From contig JAVKIP010000012.1 of the NCBI GenBank assembly GCA_031459385.1, positions 25,432 to 89,431 of the forward strand: a stretch of DNA of 64,000 nt, written 5' to 3'. The DNA is from Candidatus Fervidifonticultor secundus. Its GTDB lineage: Bacteria; Sysuimicrobiota; Sysuimicrobiia; Sysuimicrobiales; Humicultoraceae. Shown in pieces: positions 36,158-46,023 of this stretch. Each line of letters begins with the position of its first letter. Position 1 is the stretch's first letter. Below the pieces are notes generated by a model that made no database searches, had not been told where the DNA came from, and saw only the letters and a list, made by a program, of their open reading frames with translations. The position numbers and the translations under genes were made by a program.

Positions 36158-37201
36158 CTACTTGGCCGGGGCTGCCACAGGTGGAGCGCCGAAGGACAGG
36201 AACAGACGCTCCAGCACCAGCCGCGGATTGGCGTTGCGCCGCAGGGCATCCCGGGCGTCCTCGAACGCGGCGATCCGGCCGCCGAGCCGCGCGTCGTCGT
36301 AGGCTGGGGCCAGGCGCTCGAGCGCCGCCAGGCGGTCGCGGTTCGCCAGCCGCCCGGTCTCCCGCGTCTGGCGGTAGACCAGCAGATCCCGGTACCAGAG
36401 GACGGCCAGGTCGAGCAGGTCGGGCAGCAGGTCAGGGTCCCTCGCCAGCGCCTCGGCCGCGTCGAACCGGACCAGCAGGTCGCCGACCTCCAGCTGCGGC
36501 AGCAGGTCCAGGAGCCGCTCGCGCGCTGCCAGGCGCGTCTCCGACTGCGCCCAGTCCAGCGCGCGTCCCAGCCGGCCGTCGGCCAGCAGGGCCAGCACCC
36601 GGGCGCGTTCGTCGGGCACCCCCCACCGCTCCCGCAGGGCCTGCTCGATCTCGTCGGCGCGCAGGTACGTGCACCGCACCAGCTGGCACCGCGACACGAT
36701 GGTGGGGAGCAGCGCGATCGCCGACTCGGCGATGAGCACGAAGGTCACGCGCGCGGGCGGCTCCTCCAGCGTCTTCAGGAGGCTCGCGGCGGCGCTGGCG
36801 CTCATGCGCTCCGCGTCGGCGATGATGTAGACCTTCCACTTCCCCTCGTAGGGAGGGTACGCGGCGTCCTGCCGCAGCGCGCGGATCTGATCGACCGGGA
36901 TCTCCCTGCCCTTGTAGTGCTGCGGGGGCTGCTCGATGAACCGCTCGTGGGCGATATCGAGCACGCGCACGTCAGGGTGGTTCCCGGCCGCGATCCGCCG
37001 GCACGTCGGGCAGGTACCGCACGCGTCGCTGTCGGCGGGCTGGGCGCAGTTGAGCAGCTGCGCGAACCCCAGCGCCACCTGCCGCCGTCCCACCCCCGGC
37101 GGGCCCACCAGCAGATAGGCGTGCCCCACCCGACCGGTCCGCACCGCGGTGCGCAGCAGCAGGATAGCGTGGCCCTGGTTGACGATGTCCCGGAAGGCCA
37201 T
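36158..37201 (-). CDS. holB: DNA polymerase III subunit delta'
   Basis: HAYLLVGPPGVG, C..ACGTCPTC zinc module, HPDV, LLKTLEEPP and TIVSRCQ motifs. Confidence 0.93.
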   Translation of the reverse strand: MAFRDIVNQGHAILLLRTAVRTGRVGHAYLLVGPPGVGRRQVALGFAQLLNCAQPADSDACGTCPTCRRIAAGNHPDVRVLDIAHERFIEQPPQHYKGREIPVDQIRALRQDAAYPPYEGKWKVYIIADAERMSASAAASLLKTLEEPPARVTFVLIAESAIALLPTIVSRCQLVRCTYLRADEIEQALRERWGVPDERARVLALLADGRLGRALDWAQSETRLAARERLLDLLPQLEVGDLLVRFDAAEALARDPDLLPDLLDLAVLWYRDLLVYRQTRETGRLANRDRLAALERLAPAYDDARLGGRIAAFEDARDALRRNANPRLVLERLFLSFGAPPVAAPAK

Positions 37202-37217
37202 GGGCCGCGTCCTCGGC

Positions 37218-37556
37218 TCAGACTCGCTCCATCCGTTCCACGTCCACGACGAAGACGATGGCGCCGCCGACCTCGACCTTGACGGGATACGTCACGTAGG
37301 AGTCCACAGGCTCCACAACGGGCGGGATGGGAGTCATGAGCTGCTCGCGCCGATGGCACGTGCGGCGGATGATGCCGAGGACGGCGTCGACCTGGTCGTC
37401 TTCCACCACGGTGATGATCGTGGCGTTCCCCTCGCGCAGGAAGCCGCCGGTGCTCGCCAGCATCGTGGACTGGAGGTCGGCCTCGGTCAGCGCCTCCATC
37501 AGCCGCCCCGAGTCCCGACTCTGGACGATGGCCAGCACGAGCTTGATGGGGCTCAC
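37218..37556 (-). CDS. darA: Cyclic-di-AMP receptor, PII-like DarA/PstA (YaaQ)
   Basis: KLVLAIVQSRD, LASTGGFLREGNAT and VEVGGAIVFVVDVE motifs; conserved position between tmk and holB. Confidence 0.88.
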   Translation of the reverse strand: MSPIKLVLAIVQSRDSGRLMEALTEADLQSTMLASTGGFLREGNATIITVVEDDQVDAVLGIIRRTCHRREQLMTPIPPVVEPVDSYVTYPVKVEVGGAIVFVVDVERMERV

Positions 37557-38278
37557 CCCCCTGCCGGCCCGGCACCGCCGGCCCGGGCATCCGGCCCCTC
37601 CACGACCCACCCGCGCGCCGCCAGCGCCCGCCGCACGGCCGCGAACGCCGCCGCAAAGACCGCGTCGGGCGTGGCTGCGCCGTCGATCACGACAAATCGC
37701 GCCGGTTCTTCGCGCGCCAGTTGGAGGAATCCTGCGCGCACGCGCTCGTGGAACGCGAGCGCCTCCTGCTCCAGCCGGTCGCCACGTCCGGGTGCCCCGT
37801 CCTTTCCCCCGGCGGTGCGGGCGCGCGCCAGACCCGCGGCGGGGTCGATGTCGAACAGCAGCGTCAGGTCCGGGAGGAGCCCGCCGGTGGCGAGGTCGTT
37901 CACCTGCCGGACCAGGGCCACCGACAGCCCCCGGCCGAAGCCCTGGTAGGCGAGGGAGGCGTCCACGTACCGCTCCGAGAGCATGCACACCCCGGCGGCC
38001 AGCGCGGGCCGCACGACCTCGGCCACGTACTGTGCGCGGCTGGCGGCGAAGAGCAGCATCTCGGTTTCGGGCCGCATGGTGCGGTACGCCTCGTCGAGCA
38101 GCAGGCGCCGGATCGCCTCGCCGATGGGCGTGCCGCCCGGCTCCCGGGCCAGCCGCACCGGCACCCGCCCGCGCAACGCCTCGTAGAGCCGGCGCGCTAC
38201 CGTCGTCTTGCCCGCGCCCTCGGGCCCCTCGAGGGTGATGAACACCCCCCGCCGCGGCGCTTCTGAAGGGGTGTGCAC
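37553..38278 (-). CDS. tmk: Thymidylate kinase
   Basis: FITLEGPEGAGKTT, REPGGT, ERYVDASLAYQG and DRLEQE motifs. Confidence 0.95.
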   Translation of the reverse strand: MHTPSEAPRRGVFITLEGPEGAGKTTVARRLYEALRGRVPVRLAREPGGTPIGEAIRRLLLDEAYRTMRPETEMLLFAASRAQYVAEVVRPALAAGVCMLSERYVDASLAYQGFGRGLSVALVRQVNDLATGGLLPDLTLLFDIDPAAGLARARTAGGKDGAPGRGDRLEQEALAFHERVRAGFLQLAREEPARFVVIDGAATPDAVFAAAFAAVRRALAARGWVVEGPDARAGGAGPAGG

Positions 38279-38283
38279 GGCCG

Positions 38284-39825
38284 CTACTTGGGGAAGATCA
38301 CCACGCGCCGGAACGGCTCGTCGCCCTTGCTCTCCGACGCGAGCCCGTAGCGCTGGACGAGCTGGTGCTGCAGGCGGCGGATGTAGGCGTTCTGGGGGGA
38401 GAGCTCCACCGGCTTCGCCGATTCGAAGACCGCGGCGATGGCCTGCTCGACCTCGGTCAGCGCCGCCTCGTGCTCGGCCGCCGTTTCCTCGATCTCGAAG
38501 ACCTCGCGGAGGAACTCCTGGATCTGGGTCACGGTGTTGCTGCGCAGGATGTGCACGGGCACCCCGCGGCCCGCGGCCTCCCGCAGGCGCCGGGGCTGGC
38601 GCTTCTCCTGTGACTTCAGCGTCAGGACCAGATCGGCCTCGCCGAGCGAGTCGACCACGTAGGCGGGCACCCGCAGCTCGCGGATCGCCCGCTCCAGCCG
38701 GTTGCGGCTCACGGCGTACGGGTAGATGCGCAGCAGCCGGTGGCCCGGCCGCGTGTGGTCTTCAGCCGGGGCCGGCGCGAAGGGGCCCTCGGGGGCCCAC
38801 CGCGGGGTGGGCGCCGGTGCCGCCGAGATCTCCACCTCACCGCCGGCGGTGCGCACGCGGAGCTCGGGCCGCGGGGCCACGCCCCGCAGGTAGCGGTCCA
38901 CCACCGCCGCGACGTCGTGGTGCACCGCCAAGCGGTCCTGCTCCTGGATCTCGATCACCACATCGAACGTGGGCGGCGCCTTGCGTTCCAACACCGTCTT
39001 CTGCGTGCCGCGTCGGCGCGCTTCCTCGTCGGACAGGGTCACGGCCTGGATGCCGCCCACCAGGTCGGAGAGCGTCGGGTTCTGGAGGAGGTTGTCGAGG
39101 GTGTTGCCATGGGCCGTGGCGATGAGCTGCACGCCGCGCTCGGCGATGGTGCGGGCGGCCAGCGCCTCGGCCTCGGTGCCGATCTCGTCGATGACGATGA
39201 CCTCAGGCATGTGGTTCTCCACCGCCTCGATCATCACCGCGTGCTGAAGCGTGGGCACCGGCACCTGCATCCGGCGCGCGGCGCCGATCCCGGGGTGGGG
39301 GATGTCGCCGTCGCCCGCGATCTCGTTGGAGGTGTCGACGATCACGACGCGCTTGCGCAACTCGTCGGCCAGCACGCGGGCGGCCTCGCGCAGCAGCGTC
39401 GTCTTCCCGACGCCTGGCCGGCCCAGCAGGAGGATCGAGCGGCCCGACTCGATGACGTCCCGGATGATGTCGACGGTGCCGAAGACCGCGCGGCCCACGC
39501 GACAGGTCAACCCGATGATCTCTCCGCGCCGGTTCCGGATGGCGCTGATCCGGTGGAGCGTGCGCTCGATGCCGGCCCGGTTGTCCTTTCCGAACGTCCC
39601 CACGCGCTCGATCACGTAGTCGAGCATCGCGCGGGTGACACCCGCGTCGCTCAGCGGCAGCGCCTCGTTGGGAAAGCGGGCCTCCGGCCGCCGGCCGAGG
39701 TCGAGCACCACCTCCAGCAGGTGGTCCAGGTCGGGCCGCCGTTCCAGGGCCGCGCGCAGCTCCGGCGGCAGGACCTCCAGCAGCAGGTGGAGGTCGTCGG
39801 TGATCTGGATGCGGCGCGCGGTCAC
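38284..39825 (-). CDS. SpoIIIAA/Ycf45-like AAA ATPase with C-terminal R3H domain
   Basis: [55 protein letters not shown] and the R3H motif IRRLQH. Confidence 0.9.
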   Translation of the reverse strand: MTARRIQITDDLHLLLEVLPPELRAALERRPDLDHLLEVVLDLGRRPEARFPNEALPLSDAGVTRAMLDYVIERVGTFGKDNRAGIERTLHRISAIRNRRGEIIGLTCRVGRAVFGTVDIIRDVIESGRSILLLGRPGVGKTTLLREAARVLADELRKRVVIVDTSNEIAGDGDIPHPGIGAARRMQVPVPTLQHAVMIEAVENHMPEVIVIDEIGTEAEALAARTIAERGVQLIATAHGNTLDNLLQNPTLSDLVGGIQAVTLSDEEARRRGTQKTVLERKAPPTFDVVIEIQEQDRLAVHHDVAAVVDRYLRGVAPRPELRVRTAGGEVEISAAPAPTPRWAPEGPFAPAPAEDHTRPGHRLLRIYPYAVSRNRLERAIRELRVPAYVVDSLGEADLVLTLKSQEKRQPRRLREAAGRGVPVHILRSNTVTQIQEFLREVFEIEETAAEHEAALTEVEQAIAAVFESAKPVELSPQNAYIRRLQHQLVQRYGLASESKGDEPFRRVVIFPK

Positions 39826-39971
39826 CCGTCCAGAACCTCGACCGGATGCTGGAACGACAAGAGGCCCTGCCGGGCCCCCTGCATCGACGCCAGCGTTATG
39901 CGGCTGTAGCCGTCGTAGACTCGTCACTGCCCCCACGGGCGCGATTCGCTGCCCGTTCACACTACAGTATA

Positions 39972-40342
39972 CTACGCCCACTGCCGGACCGGGAAGCGCG
40001 CCTCGAAGACCCGGCCGGCGGCCGCCACCAGTCCGCCGGCTGGCACGCCGGGCCGCGCGGCAGCCACCGCCGCGCGCAGGGCCCGGTCCACGGCGACGGG
40101 CAGCACGTCGTCGCCGACCAGCCCCAGGGGACCCTCGCCCAGCCCCTTCTCGCGCAGCACCGCCGCGATCGCGGCGGGCAGGTCGGGGAGGGGCCAGCCC
40201 CCCGCGCCGCGCCCCAGAACATGCCGGTGGGGAACGGCGGGAAGTGGTTCGCCAGGTAGGCCACGTTCGCTGGCCGCTCGAAGAAGGGCCGCCCGACCGC
40301 CAACACGCCGCGCAGACCGCGGTCGGCGGCGGTGGCCACCAT
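39972..40342 (-). pseudogene. Collapsed remnant of an M24 (Xaa-Pro peptidase/creatinase-like) gene
   Basis: Frame 1 [36 protein letters not shown]; after a frameshift [29 protein letters not shown]...[17 protein letters not shown]; resembles N-domain and C-domain pieces joined in about 370 nt. Confidence 0.5.
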
Positions 40343-40392
40343 CCGCGAGGCGCCGGAGCGCCTCGCGCGCGCCAGGGGGCGCGCGCCGTCGC

Positions 40393-41658
40393 TCAGAACA
40401 GGCTCGTCTGCGCCGGCTCCGGCGCCCGGGTCGCGCCGGCAGGATGCTCGTCCAGCGGCCCGCCGTCCTTGAAGATGCTGATCTCGCCGAAGACGCCGTC
40501 GTAGCCCGGCGCGATGGCCACGCGCCCCTCGCGCACGCGACGCAGCCCCTCGGCGATGCGCGCGGTGGTCAGGCGCCGGACGTCGTCGATCGGCACGTCG
40601 AGCAGCACGGCGAACTCGCCGCCGAACTCCCTGCAGAGCTTGTAGTACTCCTCCCGGACGGCGACGGTGCCGGGCTGTGCCGCCATGGCTTCGGCGATGA
40701 TCTCTTCCAGCGGCACCAGGTTCCGGTACGGGACGGCGCCTTCGGGCACGAACCCTTCGTCGCGGTCCGCCAGGACCTCCACGCGGTGCAGGACGCCCAC
40801 CGTGGGCGGCTTGCCGCACACCGGACACCGGCCGCCGTGGGCCCTGGTCTCTCTGGGCGTCATGCGCCGGTTGCAGGCGCGGTGGCCGTCGTAGTGATAC
40901 TTCCCCTCCTCGGGGAAGAACTCGATGGTGTAGAGGAACCGCGCGGTGTCCTTCTCGCGCAGCACCCGTACGATCTCGAAGTAGTCCAGCTCGCAGGCGA
41001 AGACGTTGGCCTCCCGGCCCAGCTTCGCGGGCGAGTGCGCGTCGGAGTTGCTCACCAGCGCTATCCGGTCGAGCTCCGACAGGCGCCAGTTCATCGGCGG
41101 GTCGCTGGACAGCCCGGTCTCCACGGCGGCGACGTGCCGCAGCTGGTCGCCGAAGCACTCGGCGATGGTGTCGAAGCCCGAGTTGCTGCCGTAGAGCGAG
41201 AACCACGGCGTCCACGCGTGCGCCGGGATGACCAGGCAGTCGGGCGAGATCTCCATCACGTACTCGACCAGCCGGTCGCTGGGCAGCGTGAGCGTGGGAC
41301 GCCCGTCGGCCAGCAGGTTCCCGAACCGCCCCAGCACGGCGTTGATGCGTTCGGCCACCTCGAACGACGGCGCCAGGATGATGTTGTGGATCTTGCGCAG
41401 CCGCCCGCCGGCCGGGTAGACGTTGGACACTTCCACGGTGAGCATGAAGTGCGCCCCGTCATGGGTGTACAGGCCGCGGTCGGTGGGGCGCAGCTTGCCG
41501 CGCAGTTCGCGCAGCCAGACCGGATGCGTGAAGTCGCCTGTGCCGAGCAACGTGATGCCCTTCAGCCTGGCCCATCGGGCCATGTGCTCGACGTCCATGT
41601 CGCGGCTGGTGGCCCGACTGTACCGCGAGTGCAGGTGCAGGTCGGCGATGATCCGCAC
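40393..41658 (-). CDS. Endonuclease Q family protein (PHP domain, YqxK-like)
   Basis: ADLHLHSRYSRATS, GTGDFTHP, PAHAWTP, ETGLSSD, SNSDAHS, LGRE, GKYHYDGHRAC..CPVCG and PGYDG motifs. Confidence 0.9.
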   Translation of the reverse strand: MRIIADLHLHSRYSRATSRDMDVEHMARWARLKGITLLGTGDFTHPVWLRELRGKLRPTDRGLYTHDGAHFMLTVEVSNVYPAGGRLRKIHNIILAPSFEVAERINAVLGRFGNLLADGRPTLTLPSDRLVEYVMEISPDCLVIPAHAWTPWFSLYGSNSGFDTIAECFGDQLRHVAAVETGLSSDPPMNWRLSELDRIALVSNSDAHSPAKLGREANVFACELDYFEIVRVLREKDTARFLYTIEFFPEEGKYHYDGHRACNRRMTPRETRAHGGRCPVCGKPPTVGVLHRVEVLADRDEGFVPEGAVPYRNLVPLEEIIAEAMAAQPGTVAVREEYYKLCREFGGEFAVLLDVPIDDVRRLTTARIAEGLRRVREGRVAIAPGYDGVFGEISIFKDGGPLDEHPAGATRAPEPAQTSLF

Positions 41659-41687
41659 GGCGGCTCGCCTCCTCATACCTTCAATAT

Positions 41688-42998
41688 CTAGTGGGTCTCC
41701 GGTAGATTCTCCGCGACCTGTAGTAGTTCCTGCCCGGTACGGGCGCCTCCGTCAGCCCCGTCATCCCACAGGGACAGCGCCGCTGCCCCCAGGGCGGCCA
41801 GGACCGCCGGCGTGATGCGGGGATCCCGGATCCCCGCGCGCAGCGCCGCGCCCACGACGGGCCGCAGCAGCCGGGACTGGTACTGCGTGTCACCGTGTTC
41901 CTCAACCGCGCGGCGCAGCCCGGCATCCGACGCCAGCGCCCGGATCACCGCGCTGAGGTGGCGGTCCGGCAGCCGGTTGAGGATCCGGCGCACCACCGAC
42001 GTGAAGCGTACCTCCCGGCCAAACGCCGCCTGCCACGCGCGCTCGTACTCGGCCAGGGCCCGGGCCGACGCCGCCCCGCCGACCAGTCGCGCCGCAGCGC
42101 CGGCTGCGAGGTCGCCCGCGAGCATGGCGAAGTAGATCCCGCCCCCGCTTGTGGCCTTCACGTGCCCGGCGGCATCGCCGACCACGAGCATCCCGGGCGC
42201 ATACGATGGTCGGCGCGGCCCCAGCACGGGGATGCGGCCGGCCAGGCGGCGCACGATGCGGGCGCCGCGCAGCCGGGACGCGACCACCGGGTGCGCGGCC
42301 TTCAGGCGTTCAAGGAAGTAGACGGGCGGCCGCGCCGTCAGCCGGGGGTCGACGGCCACGCCCAGTCGCCCACGGTCGCCGCCGATCGGCATCAGCCAGC
42401 CGAAGAACCCGGGGGCCACGTCGCGGCCGAAGTACAACTCCGGCGTGTCATCGGCGTCGATACGCACGCCCTCGACCTCGTACTGCAGGCCGTGCACGAG
42501 CCGGCGCCGCGGGCGCAGCCCGAGCTGCGCCGGCAGCACGGGGTTCGCCCCTTCGGCGTCGATCACCACCGCCGCGTCGACCGTCAGGCGACCCGAGCGC
42601 CGGTCGGCCACGACGCGCAGACGCCCGCGGTCCCGGTGCACGGCCCGCGCCCTGGCACCGGTGATCACCTCGACACCGGCCGCGGCCGCACGGCCAGCCA
42701 GGAACCGGTCGAACGGGTCGCGATCGACGACGTAGGAGTCGACCGTGGCCCGCCGCACACGGGCGGTGGTCCCGTCAGGCGCGCAGAGGACGGCCGCACG
42801 CAGCGCCGTCTGGACCAGAGACGCGGGCAGGTCGAACCGGCGAAACGCGTGCACCGACAGCTTGCCCGTACAGTGCGTGGGGCAGCCCACGCGGGGATGC
42901 TCTTCCAGCAGGACCACCCGCAGGCCCAGGAGGGCGGCGGCGCGGGCCGCGGTCGAGCCGCCCGGCCCGGCGCCGACCACCAGCACGTCACAACGCAC
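41688..42998 (-). CDS. Geranylgeranyl-reductase-family FAD oxidoreductase
   Basis: VVGAGPGGS, IDAEG, FFGWLMP and VGDAAGHVKATSGGGIYFA motifs. Confidence 0.88.
   Translation of the reverse strand: MRCDVLVVGAGPGGSTAARAAALLGLRVVLLEEHPRVGCPTHCTGKLSVHAFRRFDLPASLVQTALRAAVLCAPDGTTARVRRATVDSYVVDRDPFDRFLAGRAAAAGVEVITGARARAVHRDRGRLRVVADRRSGRLTVDAAVVIDAEGANPVLPAQLGLRPRRRLVHGLQYEVEGVRIDADDTPELYFGRDVAPGFFGWLMPIGGDRGRLGVAVDPRLTARPPVYFLERLKAAHPVVASRLRGARIVRRLAGRIPVLGPRRPSYAPGMLVVGDAAGHVKATSGGGIYFAMLAGDLAAGAAARLVGGAASARALAEYERAWQAAFGREVRFTSVVRRILNRLPDRHLSAVIRALASDAGLRRAVEEHGDTQYQSRLLRPVVGAALRAGIRDPRITPAVLAALGAAALSLWDDGADGGARTGQELLQVAENLPETH
41706..41733 (-). promoter_or_regulatory. Candidate sigma-H-like promoter for endoQ
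   Basis: GCAGGA-N18-GAAT on the minus strand, inside the AT-richer tail of the upstream ORF; matches the B. subtilis sigma-H consensus AGGA...GAAT. Confidence 0.55.
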
Positions 42999-43151
42999 GA
43001 CGGGCTCCTCCAGACCGGGCGCCCTGCGGGCGCCCCGCCTCGGGGTGGGGCGCGCGGGCGCACCGGTCTATGGTACCGTAGTGAGAAAGTCTACCACAGG
43101 CGCCGGGAAGTGCACGCCGGCGCCGCACGCCGGGTGAAGACGGTGAAGACA

Positions 43152-43706
43152 ATGCAAACCAACGCGACGGGCACAGCCCGGGGCGGATGGGGGGCGCCAT
43201 GCCGCCCCCGCGCCGTACGCCGGCAGGGGCTCGTGGCCCTGGCCGCCGTGGCCCTCATCGCAGTCCTGGCCGGCCCGCAGCCGGCCTCCGCCGCCGCGGG
43301 GCCGCAGCCGCGGTTTGGCCGCGGGACGCTCGTGTTCGTCCAGGACGGGCGCCGTGTGCGCCTGGCGGTCGAGATCGCCGACACCCCCGAGGCCCGGGCG
43401 CACGGCCTGATGTACCGCCGGCACCTGGACGAGCATGCCGGGATGCTGTTCGTGTTCGACGAGGACGCCCGCTGGGGCTTCTGGATGAAGAACACGTTCA
43501 TCCCGCTGTCGATCGGCTTCCTCGACCGCACCTGGCGGCTGCTGGAGATCGTGGACATGGCGGTGGCGGCCGACCCCACGCAGGGTCCCTGGCCCGTCTA
43601 CGAGCCATCCCGCGCCTACCGGTACGCGCTCGAGGTCAACCAGGGCTACTTCGCGCGCCGGGGGCTCACCCCGGGCGCGCGGGCCGAGCTCGTCGTGTAC
43701 AAGTAA
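43152..43706 (+). CDS. DUF192-domain exported protein
   Basis: VEIADTPEARAHGLMYR, GMLFVF, FWMKNTFIPLSIGF and ALEVNQG motifs; start uncertain. Confidence 0.88.
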   Translation: MQTNATGTARGGWGAPCRPRAVRRQGLVALAAVALIAVLAGPQPASAAAGPQPRFGRGTLVFVQDGRRVRLAVEIADTPEARAHGLMYRRHLDEHAGMLFVFDEDARWGFWMKNTFIPLSIGFLDRTWRLLEIVDMAVAADPTQGPWPVYEPSRAYRYALEVNQGYFARRGLTPGARAELVVYK

Positions 43707-43723
43707 CAGGAGGACGGTCGGCG

Positions 43724-45394
43724 GTGAGTCTGCGGGCATCCGACATCGAGCAGGCCCAGCGCCTGGCGCGCAAAGAGGCCGAGATCGCGGCGCTACGGGA
43801 GATCAGCCGCGCCATAGGCGCGGCGCTCGACCTGGAGGAGACCCTGCAGCTCATCACACGCACGACGGCCGAAGTCATGAAGATGGACTCGTGCTCCATC
43901 TACCTGCTGGACCCGACCGGGGAGTGGCTGGTGCTGAAGGCCACCACGGGTCTGGCGGCGGAGTCGATCGGGCGCGCCCGCCTGCGTTTCGGCGAGGGGC
44001 TCACCGGGTACGCGGCCCAGGCGCGCACTCCAGTCTACAGCAGCGACGCCGCCAGCGACCCGCGCTTCGTCTACGTGCCTGGCACGCGGGAGTACGCGTT
44101 CCGCTCGCTGCTGGCCGTCCCCCTGCAGACCGCGGGCAAGGTGCTGGGCGCCATGAACGTCCAGACCACGGCCGTCCACGAGTATGGCCCCGACGAGGTC
44201 GAGCTGCTGTCGATCATCGCCGACCTGGCGGCCGGCGCCATCGAGAAGGCCACGCTCTACGACAGCATGCGCCGGCAGATCGCCGAACTCTCTACCCTGG
44301 CCGAGGTGAGCAAGACCATCACCTCGCCGCTCTACCTGGAAGAGATCCTGCGCCTGATCTGCGAGATGGCCGCCGGGCTGCTGGACGCGCGGCTGTGCGC
44401 GCTGATGCTGCTAGACGAGCAGACGGGCGAACTGGTGCTGACGGCCTCCCACCGGGCCGGGGAGCGCTACCAGCGCAAACCCGCGCTGCGCGCCGGCGAG
44501 GGCGTCAGTGGCCTGGTGGCGGCCACGGGGCAGCCGGTGGCGGTACCCGACGTGCTGGAGGACCCGCGCTTCGTGCACAAGGACCTGGCCCGCGCGGAGG
44601 GGCTGCGGGCGCTGCTGGCCGTACCGCTCCAGGTGCGCGACCGGGTCATCGGCGTCTTCAACTGCTACAAGGACCGCCCGCACCAGTTCACCCGCGACGA
44701 GATCTCGCTGCTGTCGACGCTGGCCAACCAGACGGCGCTGGCCATCGAGAACTCGTCGCTGGTGGTGCGCTCCGCCATCGTGCGCGAGATGCACCACCGG
44801 GTCAAGAACAACCTGCAAACGATCGCCATGCTCCTGCGCCTGCAGCTGCGCGACGCGCGTGAGGTCTCAGGGCGCGAGGTGCTCACCGAGACGATCAACC
44901 GTATCCTGAGCATCGCTGCCGTGCACGAGATCCTGTCGGTGGAGGGGTTCCGGCTCGTCAACCTCCGGGACCTGCTCGAGCGCGTGACTCGCACCGTGAG
45001 CCAGACGATGGCGCGGTCGCCGCTGCAGGTGACCATCACCGTGGAAGGGGAAACCCTGTTCCTGCCCTCGCAGCAGGCGACGTCGGTGGCGCTGGCCGTC
45101 ACCGAGCTGGTGCAGAACGCCATGGAGCACGCCTTCCCCGAGCGGACGGCCGGCCGAATCCGCATCGTGCTGGCCCAGACCGAGCGCGACTGGCTGCTGG
45201 AGGTCACCGACGACGGCGTCGGCCTGCCGGCCGGCGCCGACCCCCTGGCCACCGACACCCTGGGGCTGAAGATCGTGCGGGCCCTGGTGACGGAGGACCT
45301 GCAGGGCCGTTTCGATCTGGAGGGCGCGCCGGGCGCCGGCACGCGGGCCCTGCTGGCCGTGCCGCGGGTGCGGGAGGGGGGGCGGCCGCAGTAG
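43724..45394 (+). CDS. Cytoplasmic GAF-GAF sensor histidine kinase (HisKA_2, PdtaS/EutW-like)
   Basis: Two GAF repeats, H-box REMHHRVKNNLQ, ELVQNAMEHAF, DDGVG and LGLKIV; no TM segments. Confidence 0.9.
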   Translation: MSLRASDIEQAQRLARKEAEIAALREISRAIGAALDLEETLQLITRTTAEVMKMDSCSIYLLDPTGEWLVLKATTGLAAESIGRARLRFGEGLTGYAAQARTPVYSSDAASDPRFVYVPGTREYAFRSLLAVPLQTAGKVLGAMNVQTTAVHEYGPDEVELLSIIADLAAGAIEKATLYDSMRRQIAELSTLAEVSKTITSPLYLEEILRLICEMAAGLLDARLCALMLLDEQTGELVLTASHRAGERYQRKPALRAGEGVSGLVAATGQPVAVPDVLEDPRFVHKDLARAEGLRALLAVPLQVRDRVIGVFNCYKDRPHQFTRDEISLLSTLANQTALAIENSSLVVRSAIVREMHHRVKNNLQTIAMLLRLQLRDAREVSGREVLTETINRILSIAAVHEILSVEGFRLVNLRDLLERVTRTVSQTMARSPLQVTITVEGETLFLPSQQATSVALAVTELVQNAMEHAFPERTAGRIRIVLAQTERDWLLEVTDDGVGLPAGADPLATDTLGLKIVRALVTEDLQGRFDLEGAPGAGTRALLAVPRVREGGRPQ

Positions 45395-45450
45395 GGACCA
45401 CGCGCAGGACCGCACACTCGCCGGGCGGGGCCGGCAGATAGGACGCCGGC

Positions 45451-46023
45451 GTGCCGCCCCTGCGCGTGGTGATCGCCGACGACGAAGCCCTGATCCGCAT
45501 GGGCCTGCGGGCCATGCTCACGGAAGCCGGCTACCAGGTGGTCGGCGAGGCGGGCGACGGCCAGCGCACGCTGGACCTGATCCGCAAGCTGGACCCCGAC
45601 CTAGTCTTCCTGGACATCAAGATGCCGCCGCCCGACGGGCTCGCCGTGGCCCGGCAGGTGATGGCCGCCGCGCCGCGCCCCATCATCCTGCTGTCGGCCT
45701 ACGGCGACCGCGACTACGTCGAGCGCGCGCGGGAGGCCGGCGTGATGGCCTATCTCGTCAAGCCCATCAAGGAAGCCGACCTCGTGCCGACGATCGAGCT
45801 GGCCCTGCAGCACTTCCGCACGCAGGATGCCCTCCAGGGCGAGATCCGCAGCCTGGAGGAAGCCCTGGAGACGCGCAAGCTGGTGGAGCGCGCCAAGGGC
45901 GTGCTGATGGAGCGCGACGGGCTGTCGGAGCTCGAGGCGTTCCGGCGCATCCAGCGGGCCAGCCGCGACGAGCGACGGCCCATGAAGGCCATCGCCCAGG
46001 AGATTCTCGAGGGCAAGCGCTAG
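45451..46023 (+). CDS. REC-ANTAR response regulator (PdtaR/EutV-like)
   Basis: IADDE, LDIKMP and YLVKP receiver motifs; ANTAR RKLVERAKGVLM...EAFRRIQRAS. Confidence 0.92.
   Translation: MPPLRVVIADDEALIRMGLRAMLTEAGYQVVGEAGDGQRTLDLIRKLDPDLVFLDIKMPPPDGLAVARQVMAAAPRPIILLSAYGDRDYVERAREAGVMAYLVKPIKEADLVPTIELALQHFRTQDALQGEIRSLEEALETRKLVERAKGVLMERDGLSELEAFRRIQRASRDERRPMKAIAQEILEGKR

Noticed and set aside
43133..43150. GGTGAAGAC direct repeat upstream of DUF192 as an ANTAR or transcription-factor site
   Set aside because: Only two 9-bp copies and no twin hairpins with hexaloops, so it cannot be supported.
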